DNA of 64,000 bases from Planctomycetota bacterium (GTDB lineage Bacteria > Planctomycetota > UBA8108 > SXIK01). Of the stretch, positions 9,301 through 20,079 are shown one piece after another (positions within the stretch are counted from its first letter, which is position 1; each line of letters opens with the position of its first letter). The notes beneath the pieces were generated by a model. That model was not told the DNA's origin and did not search any database. It saw only the letters and a list, made by a program, of their open reading frames with translations. The position numbers were made by a program, and so were the translations under genes. Location of the stretch: the NCBI GenBank assembly GCA_965223845.1, contig CBDCXR010000004.1, forward strand, positions 5,632,001-5,696,000. The letters are read 5' to 3'.

Positions 9301-10267
9301 GAGCGCCGAGCGCCACCTCCGCGCCGTGCTCGCGGGCCTCCGCCTTCCGGGCGATGATCCGCGCGAGCGAACGGTCGAAGAATTCCTCGACGACGGAACT
9401 CGCCTCCGGGTGCGCGTCGCGCTCGAATCGGGAGGCGCGGCGATCGACTTCACCGGAACCTCCGGCGTCCACGCGGGTAACCTGAACGCGACGCCCGCGA
9501 TCGTTCAGAGCGCCGTTCTCTACGTCCTTCGCCTCCTCGTCGACGAGCCGCTCCCCCTCAACGACGGCCTTCTCAGGCCCGTCCGCATCGTTCTTCCCCC
9601 CAACTCCCTCGTCGATCCCGTCTTTCCCGAGAATGCGCGCGAGTGTCCCGCCGTCGTCGGGGGCAACGTCGAGACGAGCCAGCGCATCGTCGACACTCTC
9701 CTCAAGGCGTTCGGAGTGGTCGCGTGCAGTCAGGGGACGATGAACAACGTTCTCTTCGGCTCGGGGAGTTTCGGCTACTACGAGACCATCGGCGGTGGTG
9801 CCGGCGCGGGAAACGGGTTCGACGGCGCGTCCGCCGTCCACAGCCACATGACGAATACGCGCATCACCGATCCGGAGATCCTCGAGCACCGCTATCCCGT
9901 GCGACTCCTTCGCTTCGAGATCCGGCGCGGCTCGGGCGGCGACGGACGATGGTGCGGCGGCGACGGAGTCGTGCGCGAGATCGAGTTCCTCGAGACTCTC
10001 GAGCTCTCGCTTCTCAGCCAGCACCGGCGCGAAGGTCCGTACGGCCTCGAAGGCGGAGACGCGGGCTCACCAGGGCGTCAGCGGCTCGTACGAGCGAGCG
10101 GTGACGTGGAGACTCTCGAGGGCATCGCCGAGCGCACGGTGCATGCGGGGGATCGCTTGGTCTTGGAAACGCCGGGCGGAGGTGGATTCGGGGCGGTGGC
10201 GAGTTCGAGAGTAAGAATTGCACACGAAGAGCGCGAAGGACCGCGAAGGAAGACGAAGGGAGATTAA
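6311..10267 (+). CDS. oplA: 5-oxoprolinase / hydantoinase A+B fusion (ATP-dependent)
   Basis: Motifs VDTGGTFTD, SGPAGGV, DMGGTSTDV, GPESAGAFPGPACYG, STNIKERLDFSCA, HIPVHLG, GGSHLPD, SQGTMNN, HMTNTRITDPE, TPGGGGFG. Start is probably GTG 6311. Confidence 0.93.
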   Translation: MPADESPLVWRFSVDTGGTFTDCVAVDPDGVVQRVKVLSSGALRGAVVRVASSRRIVVAAEWLSGANAERASRAVVGCEFRPLGVERDAPGAVVVALTPESKQLELDRAPSFELNAGDRFELRSFEEAPLLAARLLTGTAPGNPLPPAVVRLATTRGTNALLERRGAATALFISRGFGDLLVIGDQTRPDLFALDVRRPAPLYDSVVEVSGRLDADGSELEALDIEPLGERIDQLVARGVRSAAIALLHSYRDSSHEEALAEFLLARGFEHVSRSSAIAPSIRILPRAETATVNAYLAPIIAEYVDAVRTPIATGTLHVMTSAGGLVEAGEYLPKDSLLSGPAGGVAGAASVARACGRERSISFDMGGTSTDVARYDGDYEYAFEHRVGSARLVAPALAIETVAAGGGSICSFDGHRLLVGPESAGAFPGPACYGAGGPLTITDVHLLAGRLAPDRFGIPIDSEASRRALAELVASLRAAGDDASEDDLLAGLLAIADERMADAIRSVSVQRGYSPAEYALVAFGGAGGLHACSLAERLEITEVLVPAEAGLLSARGIADAAVERFASEQVLRPLAEIDADLDDLFAKVEERALAALATENIARESGRIRRRIALLRFSGQDTVTEIEYRRGMEIATEFIAAYKRIYGHLPGALAIEVESIRVVASTSEEDVDAPADPASPSAYTPVAAPAEAAKLDRNEAEMLVGAKRKRVPVLARDSLARGDVVNGPAIVADRYSTAVVEDGWRGTVLPDDTLRLDRIPVARTESAPRSGPARGSRSSAVELELFTNRFRAIAGEMGDLLQRTALSTNIKERLDFSCALLDPSGELVVNAPHIPVHLGALGLCTRRVASSLPLAPGDVALTNHPRAGGSHLPDVTVITPVHSTDSERLLGYVASRAHHAEIGGVRPGSMPPSAQKLIDEGVVLPPALVVAGGQPRWREIEAKLASAPHPSRAVADNLADLRAAVAANSLGAERLRALAEDVGAETVGHFMKTLEASAERHLRAVLAGLRLPGDDPRERTVEEFLDDGTRLRVRVALESGGAAIDFTGTSGVHAGNLNATPAIVQSAVLYVLRLLVDEPLPLNDGLLRPVRIVLPPNSLVDPVFPENARECPAVVGGNVETSQRIVDTLLKAFGVVACSQGTMNNVLFGSGSFGYYETIGGGAGAGNGFDGASAVHSHMTNTRITDPEILEHRYPVRLLRFEIRRGSGGDGRWCGGDGVVREIEFLETLELSLLSQHRREGPYGLEGGDAGSPGRQRLVRASGDVETLEGIAERTVHAGDRLVLETPGGGGFGAVASSRVRIAHEEREGPRRKTKGD

Positions 10268-10443
10268 TGAACGAGATGAAGAGAGAGAGGAAGAAGCTCG
10301 TTTGAACTCTGCTGTGCTGTGAGCCTTTGCAACCGCAAGACGAAAAGCGAGAGTCTCGTCGATTCTCGCCTCGATCACTTCCCACCCTAATTCTCTCTTC
10401 TCTTTCTTCGTCTTCCTTCGCGGTCCTTCGCGCTCTTCGTGTG
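10221..10443. repeat. 223-bp element bounded by perfect 38-bp inverted repeats (MITE/REP-like)
   Basis: 10221-10258 CACACGAAGAGCGCGAAGGACCGCGAAGGAAGACGAAG is the exact reverse complement of 10406-10443. It sits between convergent genes. Confidence 0.92.
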
Positions 10444-10453
10444 AATCTCTTCC

Positions 10454-11325
10454 TCAGGACCCACCGCGACTGGAGAAAGAACAACGGGCTCCACCTTCGA
10501 GCACGCGATAGTCCTGCCCCAGTTCGTCGCACCGACGGACGAACTCCTCCGGGGTCGCCGTATTGAACGTGAACATGTCGTAGTGACACGGAATCGCGCT
10601 CTTCGCCCCGATCGCGTGTGCGAGCTCCGCCGCTTCGCGCCCCCAGAGATTCCCCGCGACGCGCCGCTCGGGCGCGCGTCCGTTGATCGGGAGAAACGCG
10701 AGGTCGACTCCAAACGGTCGCAGCCACTCGACCATGCCGTCGTAAAGGATCGTGTCGCCGCTGTGGTAGACGGACCACGGCCCGAAGCGCGCGACGTAGC
10801 CGAGATACCGGTAGCGCCCGTGCTCATCGCGTTCGAGCTCTTCGTGGGCGGCCGGAACGGCGTGCAACTCGAACGCACCGATCGTCACCTTTTCGCCGGC
10901 GTCGATCGACCGGAGGGAATCGGGCGCGACGCCGAGCCGCTCCGCTGCGAACTCGCGATTCGCCGACGGAACGAGGATCTCGAGGTTCTTGCTGGCACGG
11001 CGAATCGCGGTCAGCGTCTCACCGTCGAGGTGATCGGTGTGGTTGTGGCTCGAGCTGACGATGTCGACGAAGTCGAGCCGATCGGGCGCGACGACTCGCT
11101 CCGACATCCGTACGTGCGGCTTATCGGTCGCCGCGTACTTTCGGGTGAGCGAATCCGAGAGATACGGATCGAACAACAGATGCCGGCCGAGCCACTGCAC
11201 GAGAAACCCGCTCTGGCCGAGCCACCAAACGTGCACGGACTCCTCGCCACTCCTCGCCGCGTCCACGTCGGCGAGGAACGCGTCGTCCTTTTGCGCGGCG
11301 GGGATGAGCTCGCGCCCGGATTCGC

Positions 11326-11329
<4 letters not shown>
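10454..11329 (-). CDS. MBL-fold metallo-hydrolase (UlaG-like lactonase family)
   Basis: WLGQSGF, DPYLS, SHNHTDHLD (HxHxDH), YHSGDT, IPCHY. ATG at 11329 overlaps the upstream stop (ATGA). Confidence 0.9.
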
Positions 11330-12359
<1,030 letters not shown>

Positions 12360-12363
<4 letters not shown>

Positions 12364-13163
12364 GCGTCCCCGTCCGTTCCGTACGCTTCTGATAGACCCT
12401 GGTAGAGTGCCGATACGCGCTCGGCGTGTTCATCGTAGGCGGCGTCGAAGAGCTTTGCCGCTCGTTCCGTTCCGACGACACAGCCCGCCGCGAGAACGGG
12501 CGGCGGCTTTCCGGCGGCGGCGAGCCGCGCGGCAACCTCGGCTTTCACCGCATTGACGAGCGCGACGCTGCCGATCGTCGAGCCGGGCGAAACGGGCGCG
12601 TCGAGTGCGTCGAGCGTCACCATCGCATCGCCCGCAGGCGCGCCGGTATCGAGAACGAGGTCGGCGATCTCGGAGAGCTTCAGTCCGCGCGGGTGGCGAC
12701 TCGCGCTCGCTTCGGAGTGCGCTCGGCTCACGATCGCGACGACCTTCATCCCGGCGGCTCGGAGCCCCTCGGCGACCTCGATCGGGACCACATTGCATCC
12801 GCTCGATGAGATCACCAGGCCGGCATCCCGAGACGAGAGGTGAAAATTGCGCAGGATCTTCGCCCCGAGGCCGGCCGTGTTCTCGAGGAACATCGCCTGG
12901 CGCTGACCATTGGCGCCGACGACTTGATTGTGAAAGGTGAGCGATAGCTCGACGATCGGGTGGAAGCCGGGAAACGATCCGTAACGCGGCCACATCTCTT
13001 CGACAGCGATGCGACTGTGTCCCGAGCCGAAGACGTGGACGACGCGTGCATCGAGGATCGCCGCGGCAAACCAATCCGCCGCGCGAGCGATTTCGCTCGA
13101 CTGCCGTTCGACGAGGTCGAGGATCTCGCGGCACTTCGCGATGTAGTTTTCACTCGGTGTCAT
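12360..13163 (-). CDS. SIS (sugar isomerase) domain protein
   Basis: HVFGSGHS, ISSSGCN, DLVLDTGAPAGDA, SPGST. Stop overlaps the start of the MetE-like gene. Confidence 0.9.
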
Positions 13164-13187
13164 CGGCGCTCCGTCCTCGTTCGGGAT

Positions 13188-13982
13188 TCACGGGCGGTGC
13201 TGCCCTTCGCTAACGCTCCACCCGCCGTCCACCGTCAGGGTTTGACCCGTCACGAACGACGACGCGTCCGAAAGAAAAAAGACGATCGCGGCATCTACGT
13301 CTTCCGGAACACCGATCCGTCCGCCGGCGAGGGGCTGCTTCGTAGCGATGAAATTCAGGATCTCTTCGTTCTCTTGCGCACGTTCCGACATCGGCGTCTC
13401 GACGAGCGCGGGCGCGATGACGTTCAGCCGAATGTTCCTCGGCGCGTAGTACGACGCGGCGGATTTGGTCAAGCCGACGATCGCCGCCTTCGTCGCCGCG
13501 TAGGCGTGCGTCGCGAAGAACCGCGGCGACGGCGAAAACGCGAGAACGCTGCCCATATTGAGAATACTGCCGCCGCGTCCGTCGGCGAGGAGTTGGCGTA
13601 CGGCCGCTCGATTCGAATAGACGAGAGAGGTCAGATTGAGATCGATCGTATGCCTCCAACCTTCGTCGGTAAGCGCATCGAGGGGGCCGTCGCCCGCCGC
13701 GCGGCCGCTTCCGCCAGCGACGTGATACAGCCCGTCGAACCGTCCAAAGGCATCGATCGCAAGCTCGATCGCGCGCGGAGCCGTCGACGGGTCCGTCGCA
13801 TCGGCTACGAGCGAGCGAGCTCGTTCACCGAGATCGGACTCGGCTTCTTTCGCAGTACTCGCCGTGCGGCCGACGACAACGACGCTGGCGCCAGCGCGGA
13901 TGCATGCGCGCGCAGCCGACCGGCCGAGACCGGTCGTTCCGCCGATGATGACGATGCTCTTAGCTTCGAGAAGACCCTTCAT
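13188..13982 (-). CDS. SDR family NAD(P)-dependent oxidoreductase
   Basis: GGTTGLG, YAATK, NVIAPA, VTGQTLTVDGG. ATG at 13982. Confidence 0.93.
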   Translation of the reverse strand: MKGLLEAKSIVIIGGTTGLGRSAARACIRAGASVVVVGRTASTAKEAESDLGERARSLVADATDPSTAPRAIELAIDAFGRFDGLYHVAGGSGRAAGDGPLDALTDEGWRHTIDLNLTSLVYSNRAAVRQLLADGRGGSILNMGSVLAFSPSPRFFATHAYAATKAAIVGLTKSAASYYAPRNIRLNVIAPALVETPMSERAQENEEILNFIATKQPLAGGRIGVPEDVDAAIVFFLSDASSFVTGQTLTVDGGWSVSEGQHRP

Positions 13983-14043
13983 CACCGCGGCCAAGCTACG
14001 AGAGCTCGCGGGCGATGTCCAGCGCTCCGCCCGCGCGCCTCGG

Positions 14044-15993
14044 TCAATCCCCGCCGATTGCGTCGGAGAGGCCGCGCACTTCGCTCGCCCCCGCCGGCAC
14101 CGTGACGGACGAACCCGCGAAATCGCCTCCGATCGGCTCGACGCGACCACCGAGATGCTCCGCGAGGAACCCCTCGACGATCGCGAAGAACGAGAGCCGA
14201 TTCTCCGGTCGCGCGAACCCGTGTCCTTCGTCAGGGTAGAGGACGTACGTGACGGGGATCTTCTTCTCTTCCATCGCTTGCACGATTTGGTCCGATTCGG
14301 ACTGCTTGACGCGCGGATCGTTCGCGCCTTGAGCGATGAGAAGAGGTCGCTGGATTCGATCGGCGTAGGTGAGCGGAGAGATCTCTCGGAGGTCCTTTAG
14401 TCCCTCGTCGGTTCGGTGATCGCCGACGCGCACGGTGAACATCTCGATCATCGGCTCCCAGTAGGGCGGAATCGTCGAGAGAAGCGTGACGAGATTCGAC
14501 GGACCGACGATGTCGACGCCGCACGCGAATCGAGTCGGCGTCATCGTGAGTGCGACGAGAGTCGCGTAACCGCCGTAGCTCCCCCCCATGATCGCAACGC
14601 GATCGGGGTCGGCGATGTTCTCGCTGACGGCCCATTCGACGGCATCGAGAAGGTCATCCTGCATCCGCTTCGACCACTCGCCGTTCCCGGCGTTGATGAA
14701 CGCCTTCCCGAAACCGGTCGATCCGCGGAAATTGACGCTGAGAACGGCGTAGCCTCGGTTCGCGAGCCACTGGTGAGTCGGATCGAAGCCCCAAGAGTCG
14801 CGCGCCCACGGTCCGCCGTGAACGGAAAGCACGAGAGGAAGCGGCGTTTGAGGTCGACCCGACGCCGCGGGATCGCTCTCCGCCGGAAGGCTGAGGTAGG
14901 AAACGAGGTCGAGCTCGTCGCGCGAGCGGAGAACGGTCGAGTGCATCGGGACGAGGGGCAGACTCTCGAGGCTACTCTGGTTCGAGAAGAGCAGCCGCGC
15001 CTCTTTCGACTCGCGCGAGTAGTGATAGTAAAACACCGGCCCGTCGTCGCGCGAATCGGTGACGATCCAAGCCCGGTCGTCGAGTGTCCGGCTCGTCACG
15101 TTGACGTCACCGCGGGTGATTCCTTCGAGGATACGAAGGTCCTCGCCGATCGAGTCGTCGAGGATCTGCCAGCTCACGCGCTCGTAATTCGTCGAGACCG
15201 CCTCGATCGTCTTCTCGGTCGGGTGGGCGAGCACACCGCTCACATCTGCCTTCGGATCGGAGGCGAGCACGCGCGAGGCGCCGGAGGTGAGATCGAGCTC
15301 GACCAGAGCGGCCGTGTCCCGCTCGCGGCTGTCGAGCATGTAGAGCCGATTCCCCGACCGGTCGAAGTCGTAGAGATGCGTCGTCAGACTGTCCTCCATC
15401 TCGACCTCGAGGAAGCTCTCCCAACTCCCGTCTTCGAGTGGCCTCAGGTACTCCGTGCCGCCGCTCGCGTTCATTCGATACGCGAATCGGATGCGGTAGT
15501 CGTCATCCGGAACGAAGCCGGCGTAGCCGTCGTTTTCGAGGAGGAGCTCGCGCTCGCCCGAAAGGAGATCGATGCGATAGGCGTCGTGGAGCGCCGGATC
15601 GCGATCGTTGAGAAAAACGAGGATGTGCTGGGGATGGAGATGGCTCACGTGCCGAAGCTGCGCGGCGACGTTCTCGTACGGCGTGAGATCACGCGTCTCT
15701 GCCGTCTCGACGTCAACCGCATACACGCGCCAGTTCTCGTCTCCGTCCTTGTCCTGCAGGTACACGATGTGTCGGCCGGTGTACGTCCACAGATGCTCGC
15801 GGATCCCTCGCTTCGTGTCGTGAGTGATCGGCCGCGCCGCGGCGGGATCGTCGGGCGGAGACACCCAGATGTTGAGCACACCATCTTCCGGAGCGAGGAA
15901 CGACAGCGTCTCGCCGTCCGGACTGAGGCGAGCCTGAGCTCGCTCCGGATTGCCGAAGAGGATCTGACGCGGGATGAGTTCCGGCGGAGTCAT
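14044..15993 (-). CDS. S9 family (prolyl oligopeptidase / acylaminoacyl) peptidase
   Basis: VHGGPW, NFRGSTGFG, GGSYGG (catalytic Ser), GANDPRV, DEGHGF. ATG at 15993 (MTPPELIPR). Confidence 0.95.
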   Translation of the reverse strand: MTPPELIPRQILFGNPERAQARLSPDGETLSFLAPEDGVLNIWVSPPDDPAAARPITHDTKRGIREHLWTYTGRHIVYLQDKDGDENWRVYAVDVETAETRDLTPYENVAAQLRHVSHLHPQHILVFLNDRDPALHDAYRIDLLSGERELLLENDGYAGFVPDDDYRIRFAYRMNASGGTEYLRPLEDGSWESFLEVEMEDSLTTHLYDFDRSGNRLYMLDSRERDTAALVELDLTSGASRVLASDPKADVSGVLAHPTEKTIEAVSTNYERVSWQILDDSIGEDLRILEGITRGDVNVTSRTLDDRAWIVTDSRDDGPVFYYHYSRESKEARLLFSNQSSLESLPLVPMHSTVLRSRDELDLVSYLSLPAESDPAASGRPQTPLPLVLSVHGGPWARDSWGFDPTHQWLANRGYAVLSVNFRGSTGFGKAFINAGNGEWSKRMQDDLLDAVEWAVSENIADPDRVAIMGGSYGGYATLVALTMTPTRFACGVDIVGPSNLVTLLSTIPPYWEPMIEMFTVRVGDHRTDEGLKDLREISPLTYADRIQRPLLIAQGANDPRVKQSESDQIVQAMEEKKIPVTYVLYPDEGHGFARPENRLSFFAIVEGFLAEHLGGRVEPIGGDFAGSSVTVPAGASEVRGLSDAIGGD

Positions 15994-16271
15994 GGCGGTA
16001 AGGCTGCGCGACGGAAGAATCGAGGTCGTCTCTACACCGATCGACGAGCGCCGGGACGCGGCGCCAGTACGGAAGCCGAACATTGTCGCCGCCGGGAGCG
16101 GAATGTCGATCGTCGAGTTTCGGTCCGGCGACAGCGCCCGAGCTGGCGCGCGAGACGCGGCGTCGGATACGCTGTTCGAACCCCGTTCGAACGCTCGAGT
16201 CCCCGCACGAACGAGATTCCGGTGCCGGAACGCGAGGGAGGAACGGCGTCCTCCGCCTATCCGCCAAGTCT

Positions 16272-17525
16272 ATGATTCCTCGATTCGATCCCGCTGCCTA
16301 TCGGTCGCAGTTTCCCGCGCTCCGACGTCAAGTCGACGGCCGCCCCGCCGTGTTCTTCGACGGTCCGGCGGGAAGCCAAGTGCCCGCGCGGGTCGCCGAG
16401 GCCGTCGCGCGTTCGCTCCTCCACGAGAATGCGAACGTCGGTGGAACGTTCGCGACGAGTCGAGAGGCGGAGAGCTCGCTCGAAGCGGCGCACCGCGCCG
16501 CCGCGGATCTCTTCGGCGCGTCGGATCCTCACGAGTGCGTGTTCGGTCCGAACATGACGAGCCTCACATTCGCGCTCAGCCGCGCGCTCGGGCGGCGCTG
16601 GCGCGCCGGCGACGAGATCGTCGTCACCCGGCTCGATCACGATGCGAACGTCTCGCCGTGGATCCTCGCCGCTCGCGATGCGGGCGCGACGGTGCGGCAC
16701 GTCGGGATCAGGGAGGACTGCACGCTCGACCTCGACGAGTTGAGCGCCGCGGTGAACTCACGCACGCGTCTCGTCGCCGCCGCGTGCGCGTCGAACGCAG
16801 TGGGAACGATCCATCCGGTCGAAACGATCGCTGCGATCGCGCGAAACGCCGGCGCGCTCGTCTTTCTCGACGCCGTCCACTACGCCCCGCACGGTCTCCT
16901 CGACGTCGCGGCATGGGACGCCGACTTCGTCGCGGCGAGCGCCTACAAGTTCTTCGGGCCGCACGTCGGGATCCTTTGGGGACGGCGCCCGCTGCTCGAT
17001 GAGCTGCCGGCGTACAAGGTAAGGCCCGCGCCGAGCGCACCGCCGGGAAAATGGATGACGGGAACGCAGTCGCACGAAGGAATCGCCGGGACGCTCGAGG
17101 CGATCGACTACCTCGCGGATATCGGGCGCGACATCGAGCGAGAGCTCACTGGTGAAGAGACGCGGCGCGCTGCGCTCGAAACGGCCTATCGAGCCATCGG
17201 GGAGTACGAGCGATCACTCGTCGCCCGACTCCTCGACGGCCTCGCGGAGATTCCAGGCGTAAAGGTCTGGGGCATCACCGATCGCGGTCGTCTCACCGAG
17301 CGCGTGCCGACGCTGGGCATCACGCACGCGCGCCTTTCTCCGCGCCGCCTCTCAGAACATCTCGCCGAACGCGGGATCTTCGTCTGGGACGGTAACTTTT
17401 ACGCGCTGCCGCTCACGGAAGCACTCGGGCTCGAGCCGGAGGGAATGGTGCGAATCGGCCTCCTCCACTACAACACGATCGAGGAAGTGGAGCGGCTTCT
17501 CGGAGAGCTCGAGTCGCTCGCGTAG
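16272..17525 (+). CDS. Cysteine desulfurase-like PLP enzyme (VC1184 subfamily)
   Basis: FFDGPAGSQVP, LDHDANV, DAVHYAPH, SAYKFFGPH (PLP Lys). WDGNFYA replaces the usual RxGHHCA. Confidence 0.9.
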   Translation: MIPRFDPAAYRSQFPALRRQVDGRPAVFFDGPAGSQVPARVAEAVARSLLHENANVGGTFATSREAESSLEAAHRAAADLFGASDPHECVFGPNMTSLTFALSRALGRRWRAGDEIVVTRLDHDANVSPWILAARDAGATVRHVGIREDCTLDLDELSAAVNSRTRLVAAACASNAVGTIHPVETIAAIARNAGALVFLDAVHYAPHGLLDVAAWDADFVAASAYKFFGPHVGILWGRRPLLDELPAYKVRPAPSAPPGKWMTGTQSHEGIAGTLEAIDYLADIGRDIERELTGEETRRAALETAYRAIGEYERSLVARLLDGLAEIPGVKVWGITDRGRLTERVPTLGITHARLSPRRLSEHLAERGIFVWDGNFYALPLTEALGLEPEGMVRIGLLHYNTIEEVERLLGELESLA

Positions 17526-17845
17526 GTTTCCCCCACGCCCTCGCGAGATCACGCCCTGCACCAGCTCAGCGGGCGCGCCCGACGCCGGCACCGCTCTGAT
17601 CGGATTAAGCGTTACGGTCCCGGCGAATCAGGTCTCTTAGAGATCGCGGAGCCTTCGCCGAGGCTGGACGCCAAGGGCGATGCGCTTCGCAGATTACGCT
17701 TTACAGCCTGCTCCTTGCGGCCCGATCCTGCGAGTGGACTGCGCCGCAAACCGAGAATTCATCGTTGGTTGTGGGGAAGGGCCACCGTGGGAGTCGCGCT
17801 CCTTCCCTGGGTATTCGCAGTGCTCCGGCTGGGAGGGAATGAGCC

Positions 17846-19993
17846 ATGCTCGCTCCACGCTTCGTTGTGTTCGTCGGTCTCTTGGTCGTCTCCTCCTCGA
17901 CCGACGTGATTCCTCAGGAACTTTCGGACGAAACTCCGGTGACACTCCCGCTCAGCCGGGAACGCCACCACTTCAAGTCGCTCCTCCTCTCTAACCCCAA
18001 CTATTTCGGCAATCTGCCGGACAGCGGTTTCGATCCGGTCGTCTCGATCGCCGGAAACACGACGTACGAGGAGCTCGTGTGCGTGGGGTTCGAGCCGAGA
18101 TCGAGCCGACTCAACGGTGTCGTCTACGTGTACCAACCGGTCGGGTACGGCGGCGGCGTCTGTACGAACGGCACTCCGGAGTACGTTCGGTTCTACGTTT
18201 CCTTTGACGACGGCGCCACGTGGAACGACGAAGGCACCGTGGCGTTTCGCGCCTACGACATCCCGGGCACGACGAAATCGAGACGCCTCGAGTACGCGGT
18301 CTCGCTCAAGATCGAACCACCGCGGAAGTTCTGCACCACCGAGAACATCGCGCTCGTCCGCGCGATCCTCTCCTGGAACCAACCTCCCCCGCCGAACCAA
18401 CCCAACTGGCCGCCGGTCTGGGGAAACGTTCACAACACCTACATTCAGATCCAAGCTAGGCCGCAGCTCACCATCACGGATCTCGCTTCGTTCGGCGAAC
18501 TCAACATCCCGAACTCGGTCCTCGAACTCTTCGCGACGAACCAACCCCTGGCCCTCGCGACACCGACGCCTTCTTTCGGATCGGACGTCATGCGCCGGTA
18601 CAAGGAGGCCAAGGTCGAGCCACTCCGCTACAAGTTCCCGATGATTCAGAACCTCCTCAGCTCGTCGTCGAACGAAGCCTTGTCGGATCCGTTGTTCTCA
18701 AGCGTGTTGGACGATCTCGGGCCGGTGATCGACCTCGACGACATACTCTTTCCTACGAACGGCAACACGAGCTACGAGAATCTCGAGTGCATCGGGCTGA
18801 ACACGAATGAGGACACTCTCGAGGCAGTCATTCGGATCCGAAGGCCCGTTGGCTACGGCGGAGACCTGTGCTCGAAGGGCAGTACCGAGTACGTGACGTT
18901 CTGGGCCGACTTCGATCAGAACGGCTCGCTAGAGTCTTGCCTGGGGACCGCGTCCGTACGAGTTCATGACATCGCCTCGATCCCGAGTGAAGGCCTCGAG
19001 TACGGCGTCTATCTGCCGATCGATCTCACGCACCAGCGCCGGCTCTGCACGTCGGGTCCGAAGGTAGTGCGCGTCCGAGCGATTCTGGCTTGGCAATCGC
19101 CCCCACCCTGCTCGAATCCCAACTATGTCCCCACATGGGGAACACGTCGCGACACCTTCGTGCACATCACACCTGGTCCCGAGATTCCAGTTGGCGCATT
19201 CCTGCCACAGATGTCGATCGTCGGCGGCATTCCCTTCGAGCAGATCAGCACGGTCAACGGTATGACGACAGCCGACGCGCTGTTTGCTCTCAACGGATTG
19301 CCTCCCGATCCATTGGAGCGACCGTGTCCGTTCGGTCGCCGCGTGGTCATTCAGGGTCCGCAGTTCCCGGGCAAGCAGTACCGAGTACAAGTTCAAAGAC
19401 ATGGCGAAACGGGTTGGACGACCGTCAATACGCCGCTGAAGGTCGTCAACGCATCGGGCGTCGTCTCCACTCGATTCCCGTCGGACGACGGCGTGTTCAC
19501 GTATCTGACGCACGCCCAAAACATCTCGAACGTACTCGCGTGGTGGAATACGAGTGGCGACGGCGATTGGCGAATTCGAATCGAGGGATTCGTAGGCGGT
19601 GCTCTTTCGGGCGCGCAAACGCTGCCGATAATTCGGCTCGACAACACACCGCCGAGTACGTCGATCTCGATCAGCACGGGAACGGGCGACTGCGGCAAGT
19701 TCCCGATCGGCACTTCTCTCTCCGGAACGTTCACCGCGCGGGACATTCACTTCCGCGAATTCAGCCTCGTCGTGAAGCCGCCGATCAACACGTCGCCCGT
19801 GGGCGTCCCGAGCCCGTCGTCTGGAATGAGCCAGACGTCTTTCGTCGGAGACCCGTGGACTCTGAACACGACCGGCATGACGGCGTGCGGCTACATCGTC
19901 GAAGTCGACGCGCGCGATCGGTCGATCCTCAACAGCGCGACTGTCGGTCACTACCGGGAAGCGTCCGTCGGGTTCTGTCTCGACGACGAGTAA
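17846..19993 (+). CDS. Secreted Cys-rich hypothetical protein with an internally duplicated domain
   Basis: Signal-peptide-like N-terminus and GGAGG RBS. Two copies of GNTxYExLxCxG...GYGGxxCxxGxxEYVxF...VRAILxW...PxWG. Confidence 0.85.
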   Translation: MLAPRFVVFVGLLVVSSSTDVIPQELSDETPVTLPLSRERHHFKSLLLSNPNYFGNLPDSGFDPVVSIAGNTTYEELVCVGFEPRSSRLNGVVYVYQPVGYGGGVCTNGTPEYVRFYVSFDDGATWNDEGTVAFRAYDIPGTTKSRRLEYAVSLKIEPPRKFCTTENIALVRAILSWNQPPPPNQPNWPPVWGNVHNTYIQIQARPQLTITDLASFGELNIPNSVLELFATNQPLALATPTPSFGSDVMRRYKEAKVEPLRYKFPMIQNLLSSSSNEALSDPLFSSVLDDLGPVIDLDDILFPTNGNTSYENLECIGLNTNEDTLEAVIRIRRPVGYGGDLCSKGSTEYVTFWADFDQNGSLESCLGTASVRVHDIASIPSEGLEYGVYLPIDLTHQRRLCTSGPKVVRVRAILAWQSPPPCSNPNYVPTWGTRRDTFVHITPGPEIPVGAFLPQMSIVGGIPFEQISTVNGMTTADALFALNGLPPDPLERPCPFGRRVVIQGPQFPGKQYRVQVQRHGETGWTTVNTPLKVVNASGVVSTRFPSDDGVFTYLTHAQNISNVLAWWNTSGDGDWRIRIEGFVGGALSGAQTLPIIRLDNTPPSTSISISTGTGDCGKFPIGTSLSGTFTARDIHFREFSLVVKPPINTSPVGVPSPSSGMSQTSFVGDPWTLNTTGMTACGYIVEVDARDRSILNSATVGHYREASVGFCLDDE

Positions 19994-20007
19994 CCGACTG
20001 GCGGGGA

Positions 20008-20040
20008 GCGAGCCCGAGATGCGAGACACCTCGGTCTCGC
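20008..20040. terminator. Hairpin between convergent genes (putative terminator)
   Basis: GCGAGCCCGAG...CTCGGTCTCGC forms an 11-bp stem with one mismatch. There is no U-tract. Confidence 0.4.
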
Positions 20041-20079
20041 TCCCCGTCGAGAGATCGATCTCCCTCTGCGAAATCGCCC

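Noticed and set aside
16272-17525. Selenocysteine lyase role linked to the selenoprotein
   Set aside because: It lacks the catalytic Cys motif and lies 40 kb away, so nothing supports a link.
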